From positions 89,412 through 153,411 of the forward strand of contig CAWAIK010000004.1 in the NCBI GenBank assembly GCA_963782115.1: DNA of 64,000 nt. The letters run 5' to 3'. Below, piece by piece: positions 1-9,293 of the stretch. This stretch comes from an uncultured Verrucomicrobiae bacterium (lineage in GTDB: Bacteria; Verrucomicrobiota; Verrucomicrobiia; Chthoniobacterales; JAFAMB01). Positions within the stretch are counted from its first letter, which is position 1. Each line of letters starts with the position of its first letter. Position numbers and translations under genes: made by a program. Under the pieces are notes generated by a model. It saw only the letters and a list, made by a program, of their open reading frames with translations. It did not search any database and was not told the origin of the DNA.

Positions 1-92
1 TCGTTCGCTGGCACGCCGCCGGTTTGCAACCGTTGCACAGCGGCGACCTTGAAGTTCTCATCAACGTTCTTTCGGGCTTTGCCCTTAGGCAT
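1..92 (-). CDS. Partial HTH_Tnp_1-like (IS3 OrfA-like) protein running off the window edge
   Basis: Own translation from ATG at 92: MPKGKARKNVDENFKVAAVQRLQTGGVPAN, which resembles the 'Y/F-x-x-EFK-x-x-AV' start of IS3 OrfA. Confidence 0.45.
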   Translation of the reverse strand, partial: MPKGKARKNVDENFKVAAVQRLQTGGVPAN

Positions 93-216
93 TAGCTAAA
101 AGGTGCCCCCTTGCTCGAGCCACTGCAAGGCTCAAGAGGGTGTTTGAATAGGCGCCGTACAGGTCGATGTGCTTGAGGAAACCGACGTGAGCGTACCTGT
201 GTCGCTAACCGCACAA

Positions 217-549
217 TCAGTTGAAGATGTCACGCCAACCAATTGGTGTTCGTAGGCTTGTGACGGCCTTCTCGTTCAAACTGCTCAGTTTCTCAAGCCC
301 CCACGGCTCCTGGAGCAAATCAGCCACGCTATTGGACCCTAATGCGTCTTGCGGATTAAGCCGGATGGCTTCCTGGAAGGCTCGCTCCGCTTTCCTCAAA
401 CCGGCCCCGTTCCTTCGCAAAACGCCCAAAATATAATGCGCCTCTGCGTTTTGCGGATAAAGCCGGATGGCTTTCTGCAAGGCTCGTTCGGTCTCTTCAA
501 GCACCGGCTCTTGCAGCCGGCCCAACGTTTCCAACGCCGCCTTATGCAC
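217..549 (-). CDS. Tetratricopeptide-repeat protein (possibly the C-terminal part of a frameshifted gene)
   Basis: Two TPR-like units: ERALQKAIRLYPQNAEAHYILG and ERAFQEAIRLNPQDALG. Confidence 0.7.
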   Translation of the reverse strand: MHKAALETLGRLQEPVLEETERALQKAIRLYPQNAEAHYILGVLRRNGAGLRKAERAFQEAIRLNPQDALGSNSVADLLQEPWGLEKLSSLNEKAVTSLRTPIGWRDIFN

Positions 550-956
550 GTAGCGACGTAGCGGGTGTCGCCTTCTTGCTGTAGTTTTGCAAATTGACCT
601 TTCCCACTCAGACCACCGTCGGGTACTCGGCTGCGGCTAAGGCGCCTCTTAAGCCGTCGTCGTTTCGCGCGCGGACCCTCATGCGCCGCCACCCCGGAGA
701 GAAAATTGCGTACGGTGCCGATCGCTCCGACACCGACGAAGAAACATAGGGACCAATCGATCGGGTGCGTTTTCGTACCCTCAAAGACACCAACGCTCCC
801 GCTGAGCAGGATCAGAAACACTGTGATGGCCCAGAATTCTATGCTCTTCAACAACGCAAGGAATCGCTTTTCCGGCATGTCGTTCCATTGTTGCCAGCGC
901 TTAAGAACCTCAGCCACGATGGCGCCAAAGGCGCCGAAAAGAAACGCGAGAAACAT
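396..956 (-). CDS. Small membrane protein, hypothetical
   Basis: Three hydrophobic segments starting at MFLAFLFGAFGAIVAEVL; its 3' part overlaps the TPR ORF in another frame. Confidence 0.5.
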   Translation of the reverse strand: MFLAFLFGAFGAIVAEVLKRWQQWNDMPEKRFLALLKSIEFWAITVFLILLSGSVGVFEGTKTHPIDWSLCFFVGVGAIGTVRNFLSGVAAHEGPRAKRRRLKRRLSRSRVPDGGLSGKGQFAKLQQEGDTRYVATCIRRRWKRWAGCKSRCLKRPNEPCRKPSGFIRKTQRRIIFWAFCEGTGPV

Positions 957-1197
957 CCCTGAAGAAAGCCTGGAACCACAAAAAGGTCGAAGACGCATGT
1001 TGTCTTCCAAGACTACGCGAGGCGACCCCCCGCGATGTGAGCAGATCAACGTTTATTAAGAAAGAGCGGCCGCTTTGTCGGCGCCAAATTCGGTTGGAGG
1101 CTTTATTGAAACCGACGCGTGCAGCGAGACCCGCCGGCGGACGAGCCCGCCCGAGGCCGACCCATAGGCCATCCAAAACATCGTAAACCGTCCTGCT

Positions 1198-1470
1198 TCA
1201 GACAAGGTGCCCGTTCACAAGCTTAGTCATCTCGAACATCGAGACGACCTTCTTGCCGTCGAATACCGCCAGCAGTCTTTCGTCTGCGCGGATGTTGCGC
1301 TTTTCCTTGGGATCCTGGAGCTCGTGTTTGCGGATGTACTCCCAAAGCTTTTTGGTCAGTTCGGTCCGGGGGAGTGGGTCTTTGCCGACCACTGCGGCCA
1401 GTGCGGCGTCGGGTTGCACGGGTTTGCTAAGGGCGTTTTTGGGGGAGGCGGCTTTCTTCGGGGTTGGCAT
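1198..1470 (-). CDS. Stand-alone SWIB/MDM2 domain protein
   Basis: Typical SWIB motifs LAAVVG..PLPRTELTKKLWEYIRKHELQDP and VSMFEMTKLVNGHL. Confidence 0.9.
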   Translation of the reverse strand: MPTPKKAASPKNALSKPVQPDAALAAVVGKDPLPRTELTKKLWEYIRKHELQDPKEKRNIRADERLLAVFDGKKVVSMFEMTKLVNGHLV

Positions 1471-1687
1471 CGGGCAATTAGAACGCGCCGGGCTTGGGAG
1501 CCAAGCGAAAAATCAACCCTGTTTTCAGCGGTTCGTGGGAGCGCCTTGACGAATCTCAGCCGATAGTTGTAGCGAACTGACCCCTTGAACGGCCGTGCGC
1601 CGGTTTCGTCCTCATTGATGATGGAGAGGCGAGGGGAGGGTGGGGTAGGGGAGCCGACGCAGCTCTGTAAGGATTTAATTAATTACT

Positions 1688-1835
1688 GGAGACCGGGAAA
1701 AACCGGGGGGCTAGACTGGATTGCTTCTGCCTCGGTGTCGATGGAGGGATGCCAGCGTGACAGCGTTTGGGGCGGAACCTAGTAGAGCAAGATCAGCTTC
1801 GCCGCCCTCTCAGCCCCCGGTTTTTCCTGGTCTCC
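1688..1835. mobile_element. MITE-like element (148 bp) with ~24-bp terminal inverted repeats
   Basis: ggagaccgggaaaaaccggggggct (1688-1712) versus the reverse complement of 1812-1835, ggagaccaggaaaaaccgggggct; no clear TSD. Confidence 0.6.
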
Positions 1836-1867
1836 TTCTGGCGTGACTCGTATCGCGTATCTTCTGA

Positions 1868-2752
1868 TTAGGTTGGGGAATAGTTCATCCGGATAAGGTC
1901 GGCAATCAGTCGGGGCCCTGTCGGATGCCAGCCCAGTTTTTCCCGCGTAATGGTGCTCGATGCGGGAAAGTCAAGACTGGCGAACATGCCTAGCCATCCA
2001 AAATGGGCTGGCGCCTCTTCCGGTCGGATGGATTTCACCGGCACCTTCAAGCCTCGCCCAATGACTTCGGCAATCTCCCGCAAGGGTACACCTTCCTTCG
2101 CCACGGCGTGGTATTTCGCACCGGCTTCGTGCTTCTCCAGAGCAAGCCGGTAGAGGTGGCCCACATCCGAGATATGCGCGGCAGGCCAGCGGTTCGCACC
2201 ATTACCGACGTACGCCGAAACTCCTTTCTCCCGCGCCACGGCGATGGCATAGGTGACAAGCCCCTGCTTCACCGTATCGTGAACCTGGGGAAGGCGCATA
2301 ATCGAGGCGCTGACGCCCTTTAACGAAAGGGCCGTTTGTTCCGACACCCGGGGAAACGGTGATTTCGCCGGTACGACGTGCTCTTCGGTCGCCACCTGAC
2401 CGGGCGCGGATAGTCCCCCGGTAACTGATGCGACGATGAGAGGCCGATCGGACCCGGCGAGCACGCTTCCCAGAGCCTCAATGGCCCGTTTGTCAATCTC
2501 GCAGTTCTCTTTGAATTTTGAGAAGTCGTCAATGAAGGCGAGATGGATCACTCCGTCGGAATCCGCCGTGCCGCGGCGCAGGCTTTCCAGGTCCTCGAGC
2601 GAACCGCGATGAACCTCAGCTCCCGCCGCCGCCAGCGCCTTGGCTCCGGCATCCGACCGGGTGAGACCGAGCACTTGGTGCCCCGCCTTGAGTAATTCCG
2701 GAACGACCGCAGAACCGATGAAGCCAGTGGCCCCTGTAACAAATACTCGCAT
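1868..2752 (-). CDS. NAD-dependent epimerase/dehydratase (atypical SDR) oxidoreductase
   Basis: MRVFVTGATGFIG Rossmann motif; VIHLAF; RLPQVH. Confidence 0.9.
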   Translation of the reverse strand: MRVFVTGATGFIGSAVVPELLKAGHQVLGLTRSDAGAKALAAAGAEVHRGSLEDLESLRRGTADSDGVIHLAFIDDFSKFKENCEIDKRAIEALGSVLAGSDRPLIVASVTGGLSAPGQVATEEHVVPAKSPFPRVSEQTALSLKGVSASIMRLPQVHDTVKQGLVTYAIAVAREKGVSAYVGNGANRWPAAHISDVGHLYRLALEKHEAGAKYHAVAKEGVPLREIAEVIGRGLKVPVKSIRPEEAPAHFGWLGMFASLDFPASSTITREKLGWHPTGPRLIADLIRMNYSPT

Positions 2753-2785
2753 GGATAATCTCCTGGTTGATGGTTGAAACAAGGA

Positions 2786-2836
2786 TGTAAACTAAACCGT
2801 ACCGTTTACAATGTAAACTCTACCGTACCGTTTACA
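2786..2836. promoter_or_regulatory. Tandem palindromic operators, probably bound by the TetR regulator
   Basis: Two copies of TGTAAAC-N11-GTTTACA (2786-2810 and 2812-2836) between the divergent SDR and tetR genes. Confidence 0.8.
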
Positions 2837-2865
2837 TCTTGTCAAGGGTGAGAGAAAATACAGCC

Positions 2866-3486
2866 ATGTCAAGACGAGGCGATAAACTTCGGGAGCATAT
2901 CCTCTATGAGGCCAAGGACGTCTTCCTTGAATTGGGCTTTGAGCGTGCGTCAATGGATGTGGTCGCCAGCCGTGCGGAAACCTCAAAACGCTCCTTGTAC
3001 GCTCACTTTGAGAGCAAAGAGAAGCTATTCCTTGCCGTCATTGAGCTCGTGCGAGGACTTTTTCTCAGCAAACTGAAAATGCCCGGCGATTACTCAGAGA
3101 AACCTGCGGAAGCCCTGGTAATGTTCTGCGGCCGGTATCTTGAGATACTTCTTTTCGCCCCATCTATCCGAATGTGCCGCTTGAGCATTGCCGAAGCCGC
3201 AAGATTCCCGGAGGGTTCCGCACAGCACTTTGAGGTGATTTTCTCCGCAGTCCACGAACGTTTGAGTGTGTATCTGAAGGGAATATTCGGGTTATCGGCG
3301 AAGGTAAGCGCAGAAGCGGCGCGGAAACTTCTCGGTGAAGTCATTTTTCCCCGCTTCCCGCGCGCCCTGTTTGGCATGGACGAGCTGGCTGAAAGTTTTG
3401 ACGATGACGTCATAGCAGAGAATTTCGACCTCAAGCCTATCCGCAAAGCAGTCGCCAGCTTGCTCGAGTCTCTAGGACAACATTAG
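2866..3486 (+). CDS. TetR/AcrR family transcriptional regulator
   Basis: N-terminal HTH AKDVFLELGFERASMDVVASRAETSKRSLYAHFESKEKLF. Confidence 0.92.
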   Translation: MSRRGDKLREHILYEAKDVFLELGFERASMDVVASRAETSKRSLYAHFESKEKLFLAVIELVRGLFLSKLKMPGDYSEKPAEALVMFCGRYLEILLFAPSIRMCRLSIAEAARFPEGSAQHFEVIFSAVHERLSVYLKGIFGLSAKVSAEAARKLLGEVIFPRFPRALFGMDELAESFDDDVIAENFDLKPIRKAVASLLESLGQH

Positions 3487-3928
3487 GGTTCCAGGCGCGA
3501 CACCGGATTGGTATTGATAAACGAGCTTCGCGCCAGTGATGCACCACTGACGAGCCTGCCGAATTGTCGGTATTAATCTGTTGACCAATTTAGATAGAAA
3601 CTCCACCGACATTGGCCGAACTGATGCAGGACGGCTCTCGACCAATGGAAAGCTTTCCCAATTCATTTCGGATGCCGTCAGCCGGTGTCAACTTATAGTC
3701 GCCGGGCTTGCGCTCCGCGATTCCGTACCTGGCATACGCCTGTTTTTTGAGCCACTATTAATGCCCAACCCCTCGAAAAGGTAAAATTAGCGACTCTTCC
3801 TGACAGTTACTCATCGGCCCAGTCCTAATCCGGTCAGGAGCCGACCTGATCAATTTGACTCAGCTTGCGCGGTCTCTAACGTGGAAGAGCTTGTCGGGTG
3901 TCATTAGTGAGCCTCTTATTCTTCGAAC

Positions 3929-5327
3929 GAGGTATTGTCAAAAGTTGTGTACGGGAAGTAGACGCATCCTCGGTTGATAACTTCAGGCAGCTTGTTCTTG
4001 TAGTTCCTCTCCGTCGATAAATTGGACGCCGGTGACTACCTTGGGGAGCAGAGCTCTTCCGTTGAGTCGGCGCCATCTGGCTTCCATACCGAGTTTGAAA
4101 ACCATAGTTAAAGTCGCGATCCTTGAGCCGCACCCCTTGGTTCGCTGCGTACGAAGGCGCACGGTAGCGAAGGTTGATTCGATCGGGTTAGTAGTCCGAA
4201 GATGGGACCAATGTTGAGCCGGAAAGTCGTAAAAGCTGAAGAGCCATTCTTTGTCTTTTTCCAGGCACTCGGTTGCTTTTGGGTACTTGGCTTGGTAACT
4301 GGCGATGAACTGATCATAGGCTTCAAGAGCGGCTTTGCGAGTTGGCGACTGATACATTTCGTGGATCAACTCTTTGGCACGCCCCTGAACGCTCTTGGGC
4401 ATTTTATCCAGAATATTGGCCGTTTTATGTACCCAGCAACGTTGTTGTGGTACCGGTCCATATTCTTCCTGAAGCGCGAGCCAAAAACCCAGTGAGCCAT
4501 CCCCAATGGCCAGTTTAGGAGCCACTGTTAGCCCGTGGCGCTTGAGCTGCTGGAGCACTTCACGCCAGGATTGAGTGCTTTCCCGGTAACCGTCAACGAC
4601 GGCCAGCAGCTCTTTGGTGCCATCTTCGAGCGCTCCGATCAAAACCAGCACACAGCTACGTTCTGCGTCGAGCCGGACGTTGAAATAAATCCCATCAGCC
4701 CACCAGTAGACGTAGTTTTTGCCACTCAGGTCGCGCCTGCACCAAGCCTTGTATTCTTCCTCCCATCCGGCTTTCAGCCGCACTACATTGGTGGCACTTA
4801 ATCCGCTGGCTCGCTCGCCCAAGATCGCCGTCAACGCGTCCATGAAGTCCCCAGTCGAGATCCCTTTGAGATAGAGCGCGGGAATCAGCGCGTCGATGCT
4901 GGGTACCCGGCGCATGTAAGGTGGCAAAATCGCGCTGCTAAACTTCTGGCCATCTCGATGACGAATCCGCGGCTGTCGAACCTTGATCGGACCAATTCCA
5001 CTCACCAGTTCTCTTTCCGGATGGTGACCATTACGTACGATCGCCCGTTGGCCGGCATCGGTGCGCCGGCCTCGATGTTCTTCTAGATACTCGGCTACCT
5101 CACTCTCGATGGCCTCTTGCAACAACTTCCTGGCTCCTTCTCGCAGCAACTCTTCCAGGTAACTCTTGGCTCCATCTTGGGCTCGCTCTTCGAGCGAAAT
5201 CACTTTATTTTCCACTTTAGGTGCATCCTTTCTTTTTGGCGTCTCGAGTGAGTACGCCTTTTTCTTTTGGTTACTGAAAGGATGCGCCTTTTTTTATCCT
5301 GTCATCCACAACTTTCGGTTATAGCTC
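3929..5327 (-). mobile_element. IS256-family insertion sequence with a 9-bp target duplication
   Basis: Imperfect IRs gaggtattgtcaaaagttgtg and gagctataaccgaaagttgtg; TSD tcttcgaac at 3920-3928 and 5328-5336. Confidence 0.92.
3983..5215 (-). CDS. IS256 family transposase
   Basis: Mutator-type motifs YWWADGIY, LAIGDGSLGFW, QRCWVHK, LRTTNPIES. Confidence 0.95.
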   Translation of the reverse strand: MENKVISLEERAQDGAKSYLEELLREGARKLLQEAIESEVAEYLEEHRGRRTDAGQRAIVRNGHHPERELVSGIGPIKVRQPRIRHRDGQKFSSAILPPYMRRVPSIDALIPALYLKGISTGDFMDALTAILGERASGLSATNVVRLKAGWEEEYKAWCRRDLSGKNYVYWWADGIYFNVRLDAERSCVLVLIGALEDGTKELLAVVDGYRESTQSWREVLQQLKRHGLTVAPKLAIGDGSLGFWLALQEEYGPVPQQRCWVHKTANILDKMPKSVQGRAKELIHEMYQSPTRKAALEAYDQFIASYQAKYPKATECLEKDKEWLFSFYDFPAQHWSHLRTTNPIESTFATVRLRTQRTKGCGSRIATLTMVFKLGMEARWRRLNGRALLPKVVTGVQFIDGEELQEQAA

Positions 5328-5401
5328 TCTTCGAACTGCTGGTTTATCTAAGGTGTTCTAGGCTGTTCCCCACTTCCGCGCGAACTTCTCCGCAGCCCGA
5401 T

Positions 5402-5443
5402 AAAGGCCACCAGACGAATTCCGGTTTTTCCGCACAAGGGACA
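5402..5443. repeat. 42-bp dispersed repeat, copy 1 (possible orphan transposon end)
   Basis: 38/42 identical to 26638-26679; the reverse complement begins TGTCC. Confidence 0.7.
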
Positions 5444-5535
5444 ACACATTCCGCTACAGGCTGGATCTGCTCCCCTGCTCACTCCCGATGAAGCCATGCG
5501 CATGAAAGGCGCGCGCAAGAATGCTCAAGGGATGA

Positions 5536-6200
5536 TCACCGAACCCGGTAACAGTAAATCGTCAGATAGGAGAGCGCGGTAGATAGCACGCTGCCAGCTT
5601 CTTCTGGCGGACGGTTAAGCTGATCGCGCACGGCGCTGGCAACGAGGGGATGGGTTTCGCCGCTATCGTGCAGGTAACAGAGCATTTCGGTCCAGACATC
5701 AGAAGCTTTTTTCTCGGGGTCGGATAGGAGCCGGTCGACCGCTGGGAGCGTGGCTGGAGTTTGCTCGCGCCTGGCCCGATAGAGCGCGTGTGCGATAGCC
5801 CCAGTAAGCAGCGAGCACGCGGTCTTTTGCCAGTGCGTCTGCAGGCCCCTTCCATCCGGGTCAACGATCAGGTTCGCGAGGTTTTGAATATCGCCAGTTT
5901 CATGCTCACTGCCCACGCGGATTTCATCAAGTGGATTGAACGCGACTGAGTGCTGCGAACTGGCCGGCTCGAATCGTAAGATGCGGTTGTTGCCCTCGGC
6001 TTGCCGCCATCCGGCCGTCAGCTCGTAAATCTCGCGCTTCAGGTCGGTGACAACGGCCGAGTGCGGCCAGGTCAACATGGTCGGCACAACCAATCCTACG
6101 CCTTTACCGCTGCGCGGCGGAGCGTAGCACATGACATGCTCTGGACCGTTGTGACGCAAGGTGTAAATTCCGTTCTTCCATTCGCCAACGTAGACACCAT
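5536..6200 (-). pseudogene. traG: Type IV coupling protein (TraG/VirD4) fragment, Walker A region
   Basis: LRHNGPEHVMCYAPPRSGKGVGLVVPTMLTW..VVTDLK..FNPLDEIR; truncated at both ends. Confidence 0.85.
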
Positions 6201-6347
6201 CACCACTGTGAGAGCAACCTGCGCTGGCGTTTCAACCCGCGCCTTTGGGGAGAAGGTCATGCCTGCTCCTCGGATGGGAAGAGATTCCCCAGTTGGAGTC
6301 AAAATCTCATGAGCGAGTGGCGTTCCCGCTACCATGGTGACGGTGTG

Positions 6348-6770
6348 CTAGTCTAGTCTATTGGCACGTCGAAACCCAATTACCGGCATACGGGGATGGA
6401 TCTGCGCGACGAGCTCATTAGGCTCGCCTGTGATAATCGTGCAAGTGCGCACCCACTCCCCAGATTCGGGATCTTTCCAGTTTTCCCAGAGTCCGGCAAA
6501 GGTGAACGGGCGTCCGTCTTTCATGGCGATCGCGAACGGCAGCTTCGGTTTAGCCGTTTTGCGCCATTCGTAGAATCCGTCCGCTGGAATCAAGCAGCGC
6601 CGTTTCTTGAAAGCTTGCCGATACGAGGGCGCTTTATCGACTGTCTCAGCTAGCGCATTGAGGGTCTGGTAAGCGATCTTTGGATCCTTCGCCCAATATG
6701 GAATCAATCCCCATTGCAACGCATCGAGCGACCGTGCCTGAGCCTCGGGATTGACATTTCCCGATTTGCC
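6348..6770 (-). pseudogene. SRAP (SOS response-associated peptidase, YedK/HMCES) central fragment
   Basis: QWGLIPYWAKD, RRCLIPADGFYEW, FAGLWE, IHPRMPVI; lacks the N-terminal MCGR. Confidence 0.88.
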
Positions 6771-6810
6771 AGCCCGTGAGATGAGGGCACCGGCGCAGTG
6801 AACCAGAGAT

Positions 6811-6878
6811 GGTCAAAAAACAAAACGATTCCAGGCCGATGACGAGCTGCTTCGGTTCCTGAGCTCGCTCTAATAATG
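6811..6878 (+). repeat. Near-identical copy of the last ~68 bp of ritC and the adjoining RIT sub-site
   Basis: ggtcaaaaaacaaaacgattccaggccgatgacgagctgcttcggttcctgagctcgctct matches the reverse complement of ~31423-31490. Confidence 0.9.
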
Positions 6879-6879
6879 C

Positions 6880-7255
6880 TGCTTGCGCATGACGGGTAGG
6901 ACGGCGCGGGTGACGTTCATCGGGCCGATGAGCCCCGTCGCAAGCTGCCGCTCGATCTGCTCCGGCGTCAACTCCTCGAAGTAGCCTCCATAAAAGTTGG
7001 CGCGTTATTGACGAGCACGTCGATGCGGCCGAACCGATCAACCGCCGCCTTGACGGCGGCCTCGGCGTCGGCGCAGCTGGTGACGTCGAGCTTGACGACC
7101 AGCAGGTCCTCCGCCTGGCCGACGGCCTTTGCCACCGCGTCAGGGTTGCGGCCGGTGGCGACAACCGCGTGGCCGGCGGCCAGGGCGGCCTTGGCAAAAT
7201 CGGTACCCATGCCACGGCTGGCACCCGTAATGAACCAAACTTTTTTATCCATCAT
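6880..7255 (-). pseudogene. SDR oxidoreductase, frameshifted and truncated
   Basis: KVWFITGASRGMG..GRIDVLVNNA, then a frameshift; ends at the RIT-derived fragment. Confidence 0.85.
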
Positions 7256-7331
7256 CGTAACTCCTTCTTTCCATTCTTCATCTTCACAGGGGGTTGTTGC
7301 CTCGCCTCATCCGGGTGCTGTTGCGCTTTTC

Positions 7332-8120
7332 TCAGTGATCGAGCTTAGCCCCTGAACTCACCGTCTGCCCCCCGTCGACGACCAGGGCGTGCCCGACCAC
7401 GTAGCTCGCCCCAGGGCTGCACAGCCAAAGCACCGCCGACGCGATCTCCTCGGGCCGGCCGATTCGGCCGATGGGCGCGGATTTTGACAGCGCCTCGAAC
7501 TTCTTCTCGTCCCCTTCGACAACCGCGCGGGCGATCGCCGTGTCGATCGTGCCCGGGCAGAGTGCGTTGACGCGGATGCCTTTGGCGGCGTATTCGAGGG
7601 CCGCCGTCCGCGTCAGGCCGATGACCCCGTGCTTCGAGGCGATGTAGGCCGGGATGCCCGGGTCGCCCCTGAGGCCCCCGACCGAGGAGCAGTTGACGAT
7701 CGCGCCGCTGCCCTGGCGCGCCATCTGGCGCAGTTCGTGCTTCATGCAGCTCCACACGCCGCGCAAGTTGATCCCGATCACGCGCTCGAACTCCTCCGGG
7801 GTGCTGTCGGCGGTCGGGGCGATGCGGGCCATGACCCCCGCATTATTGAACGCGGCGTCGAGTCGGCCGAACTCGGCAACGGTGCGGTCCACCATCGCTG
7901 CCACTTGGGCGTCGTCACTCACGTCGCACCGGACAGCGATGGCCTTGTGACCGGCGTCGACCAGTTTCTGCGCGGCCGTCTTCACCGCCTCCTCTTTGAC
8001 GTCGGCGAGCGCCACAGAGGCCCCAGCCTCCGCAAACGCCTGGGCGGTCGCCAGCCCCATGCCGGAGCTGGCCCCGGTGACGAGCGCAACTTGGTCGTTA
8101 AAGTTAGGGTAGTGGTTCAT
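7332..8120 (-). CDS. Classical SDR (glucose 1-dehydrogenase/FabG-like) oxidoreductase
   Basis: TGASSGMG, NNAG and YxxxK (YIASKHG) motifs. Confidence 0.93.
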   Translation of the reverse strand: MNHYPNFNDQVALVTGASSGMGLATAQAFAEAGASVALADVKEEAVKTAAQKLVDAGHKAIAVRCDVSDDAQVAAMVDRTVAEFGRLDAAFNNAGVMARIAPTADSTPEEFERVIGINLRGVWSCMKHELRQMARQGSGAIVNCSSVGGLRGDPGIPAYIASKHGVIGLTRTAALEYAAKGIRVNALCPGTIDTAIARAVVEGDEKKFEALSKSAPIGRIGRPEEIASAVLWLCSPGASYVVGHALVVDGGQTVSSGAKLDH

Positions 8121-8162
8121 CTTCGGTGTGTGGTTCGAGGCACTCTTTCATGGCCTCCAAAA

Positions 8163-8329
8163 ATCTTGCACCCGAGAGGGAGGGTTTGCATCAGCCGAAC
8201 CCGCCAAAATCCCTGCAAAACGCGCCAATCGGAACGCCCGAGTGGCGCGTTTTTGTTCGGGGCGGCATCTAGGCCTCCCGTTCCGGGTTAGAGCCCGCCA
8301 TCCGGCTGCAATCGGAGAGAATTTCTCTG
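8163..8329 (-). promoter_or_regulatory. Duplicated ~167-bp upstream region, copy 1
   Basis: Highly similar to 17978-18144; both copies lie immediately upstream of oxidoreductase genes. Confidence 0.75.
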
Positions 8330-8629
8330 TCGTTTGCATTTAAATCGCAGAGCGGCGCATTCGGAGGTGGTTTTTGCACCCAAATCGTAGAGCAGGCCGC
8401 CGCTTTTGCAGCGAAGTCGTGGAGCAAATGCAGGTCGGCTTTCTCCCTTCCAAAGCGCCAATTTTGGCAGCGCACTCCATTCAAGCCCAGTACCCCCGGG
8501 TCAGGGATGCCGCCACGGTGGGTGTGGTGCCTACGACGACGCCGGACGCTGCGTGGCTATCGCGCGGGTGGTTCGTGCAAAGGAACGCGGCGACGTTTGT
8601 TCCCGCCGCAGGGCGGGCCTAACCCGCCG

Positions 8630-8886
8630 GCAGTAGGCATGATCACCAGGTCGCCGGCTTTGAGCGTGCGAACGTCGGGCCCGACGGCTTCGACGAGGCC
8701 GATGGCCTCGTGGCCCATGCGGCCGCCCGGCGTCGCTGCGTTCCATTTTGTTGTAGGGCCAGAGGTCGCTGCTGCACATGCAGGCGCGAGTGGCGGTAAC
8801 CAGCGCGTCCGTCGGATGGATAAGTTGCGCGTCGGGGACGTTTTCGATCCTGGCGTCGCCGGCGCCAAACTGATGGTTGCGTGCAT
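8630..8886 (-). pseudogene. Zinc-dependent alcohol dehydrogenase N-terminal remnant
   Basis: CMCSSDLWPY and MGHEAIGLVEAVGPDV..GDLV split across frames. Confidence 0.75.
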
Positions 8887-9089
8887 GGCAATTTACCTCC
8901 TGTTAACAGCGGGCTCGGTCTCACTAATCGCTTGTGGCATAGAAGACATTGGGCTCAGCCAGAGCCTCAACCACCTTGCGGCCCCTGTCGGATTCTTGCG
9001 CAAAAAATGTGCGCCCGCTTCCTTTGCAGGTTCTGCCAAAAAGGTTGCTACTCGCAGAGCCGTTCGAACTGAACGGCGTATCTTGCAGC

Positions 9090-9200
9090 GCCTTTAACGC
9101 CATGTCGATGAGGAACCGATACCGGACGTCTTTGTTCACAACCCGCTCGTAAGCCCGATTGATGTCTGCGGGGATCAACTGGAGTTTTTCCATAACCAAG
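9090..9200 (-). pseudogene. Cinnamyl-type ADH C-terminal remnant
   Basis: INRAYERVVNKDVRYRFLIDM, similar to the end of the ADH at 16915. Confidence 0.7.
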
Positions 9201-9293
9201 ACCCTGATCCTCGGCACCAACGGTCAAAAAAACCAGAACCCCGCTGACCGGAATATCCGAAGAGCGAGGTTCGCCTGATATCACTAATGAAGT

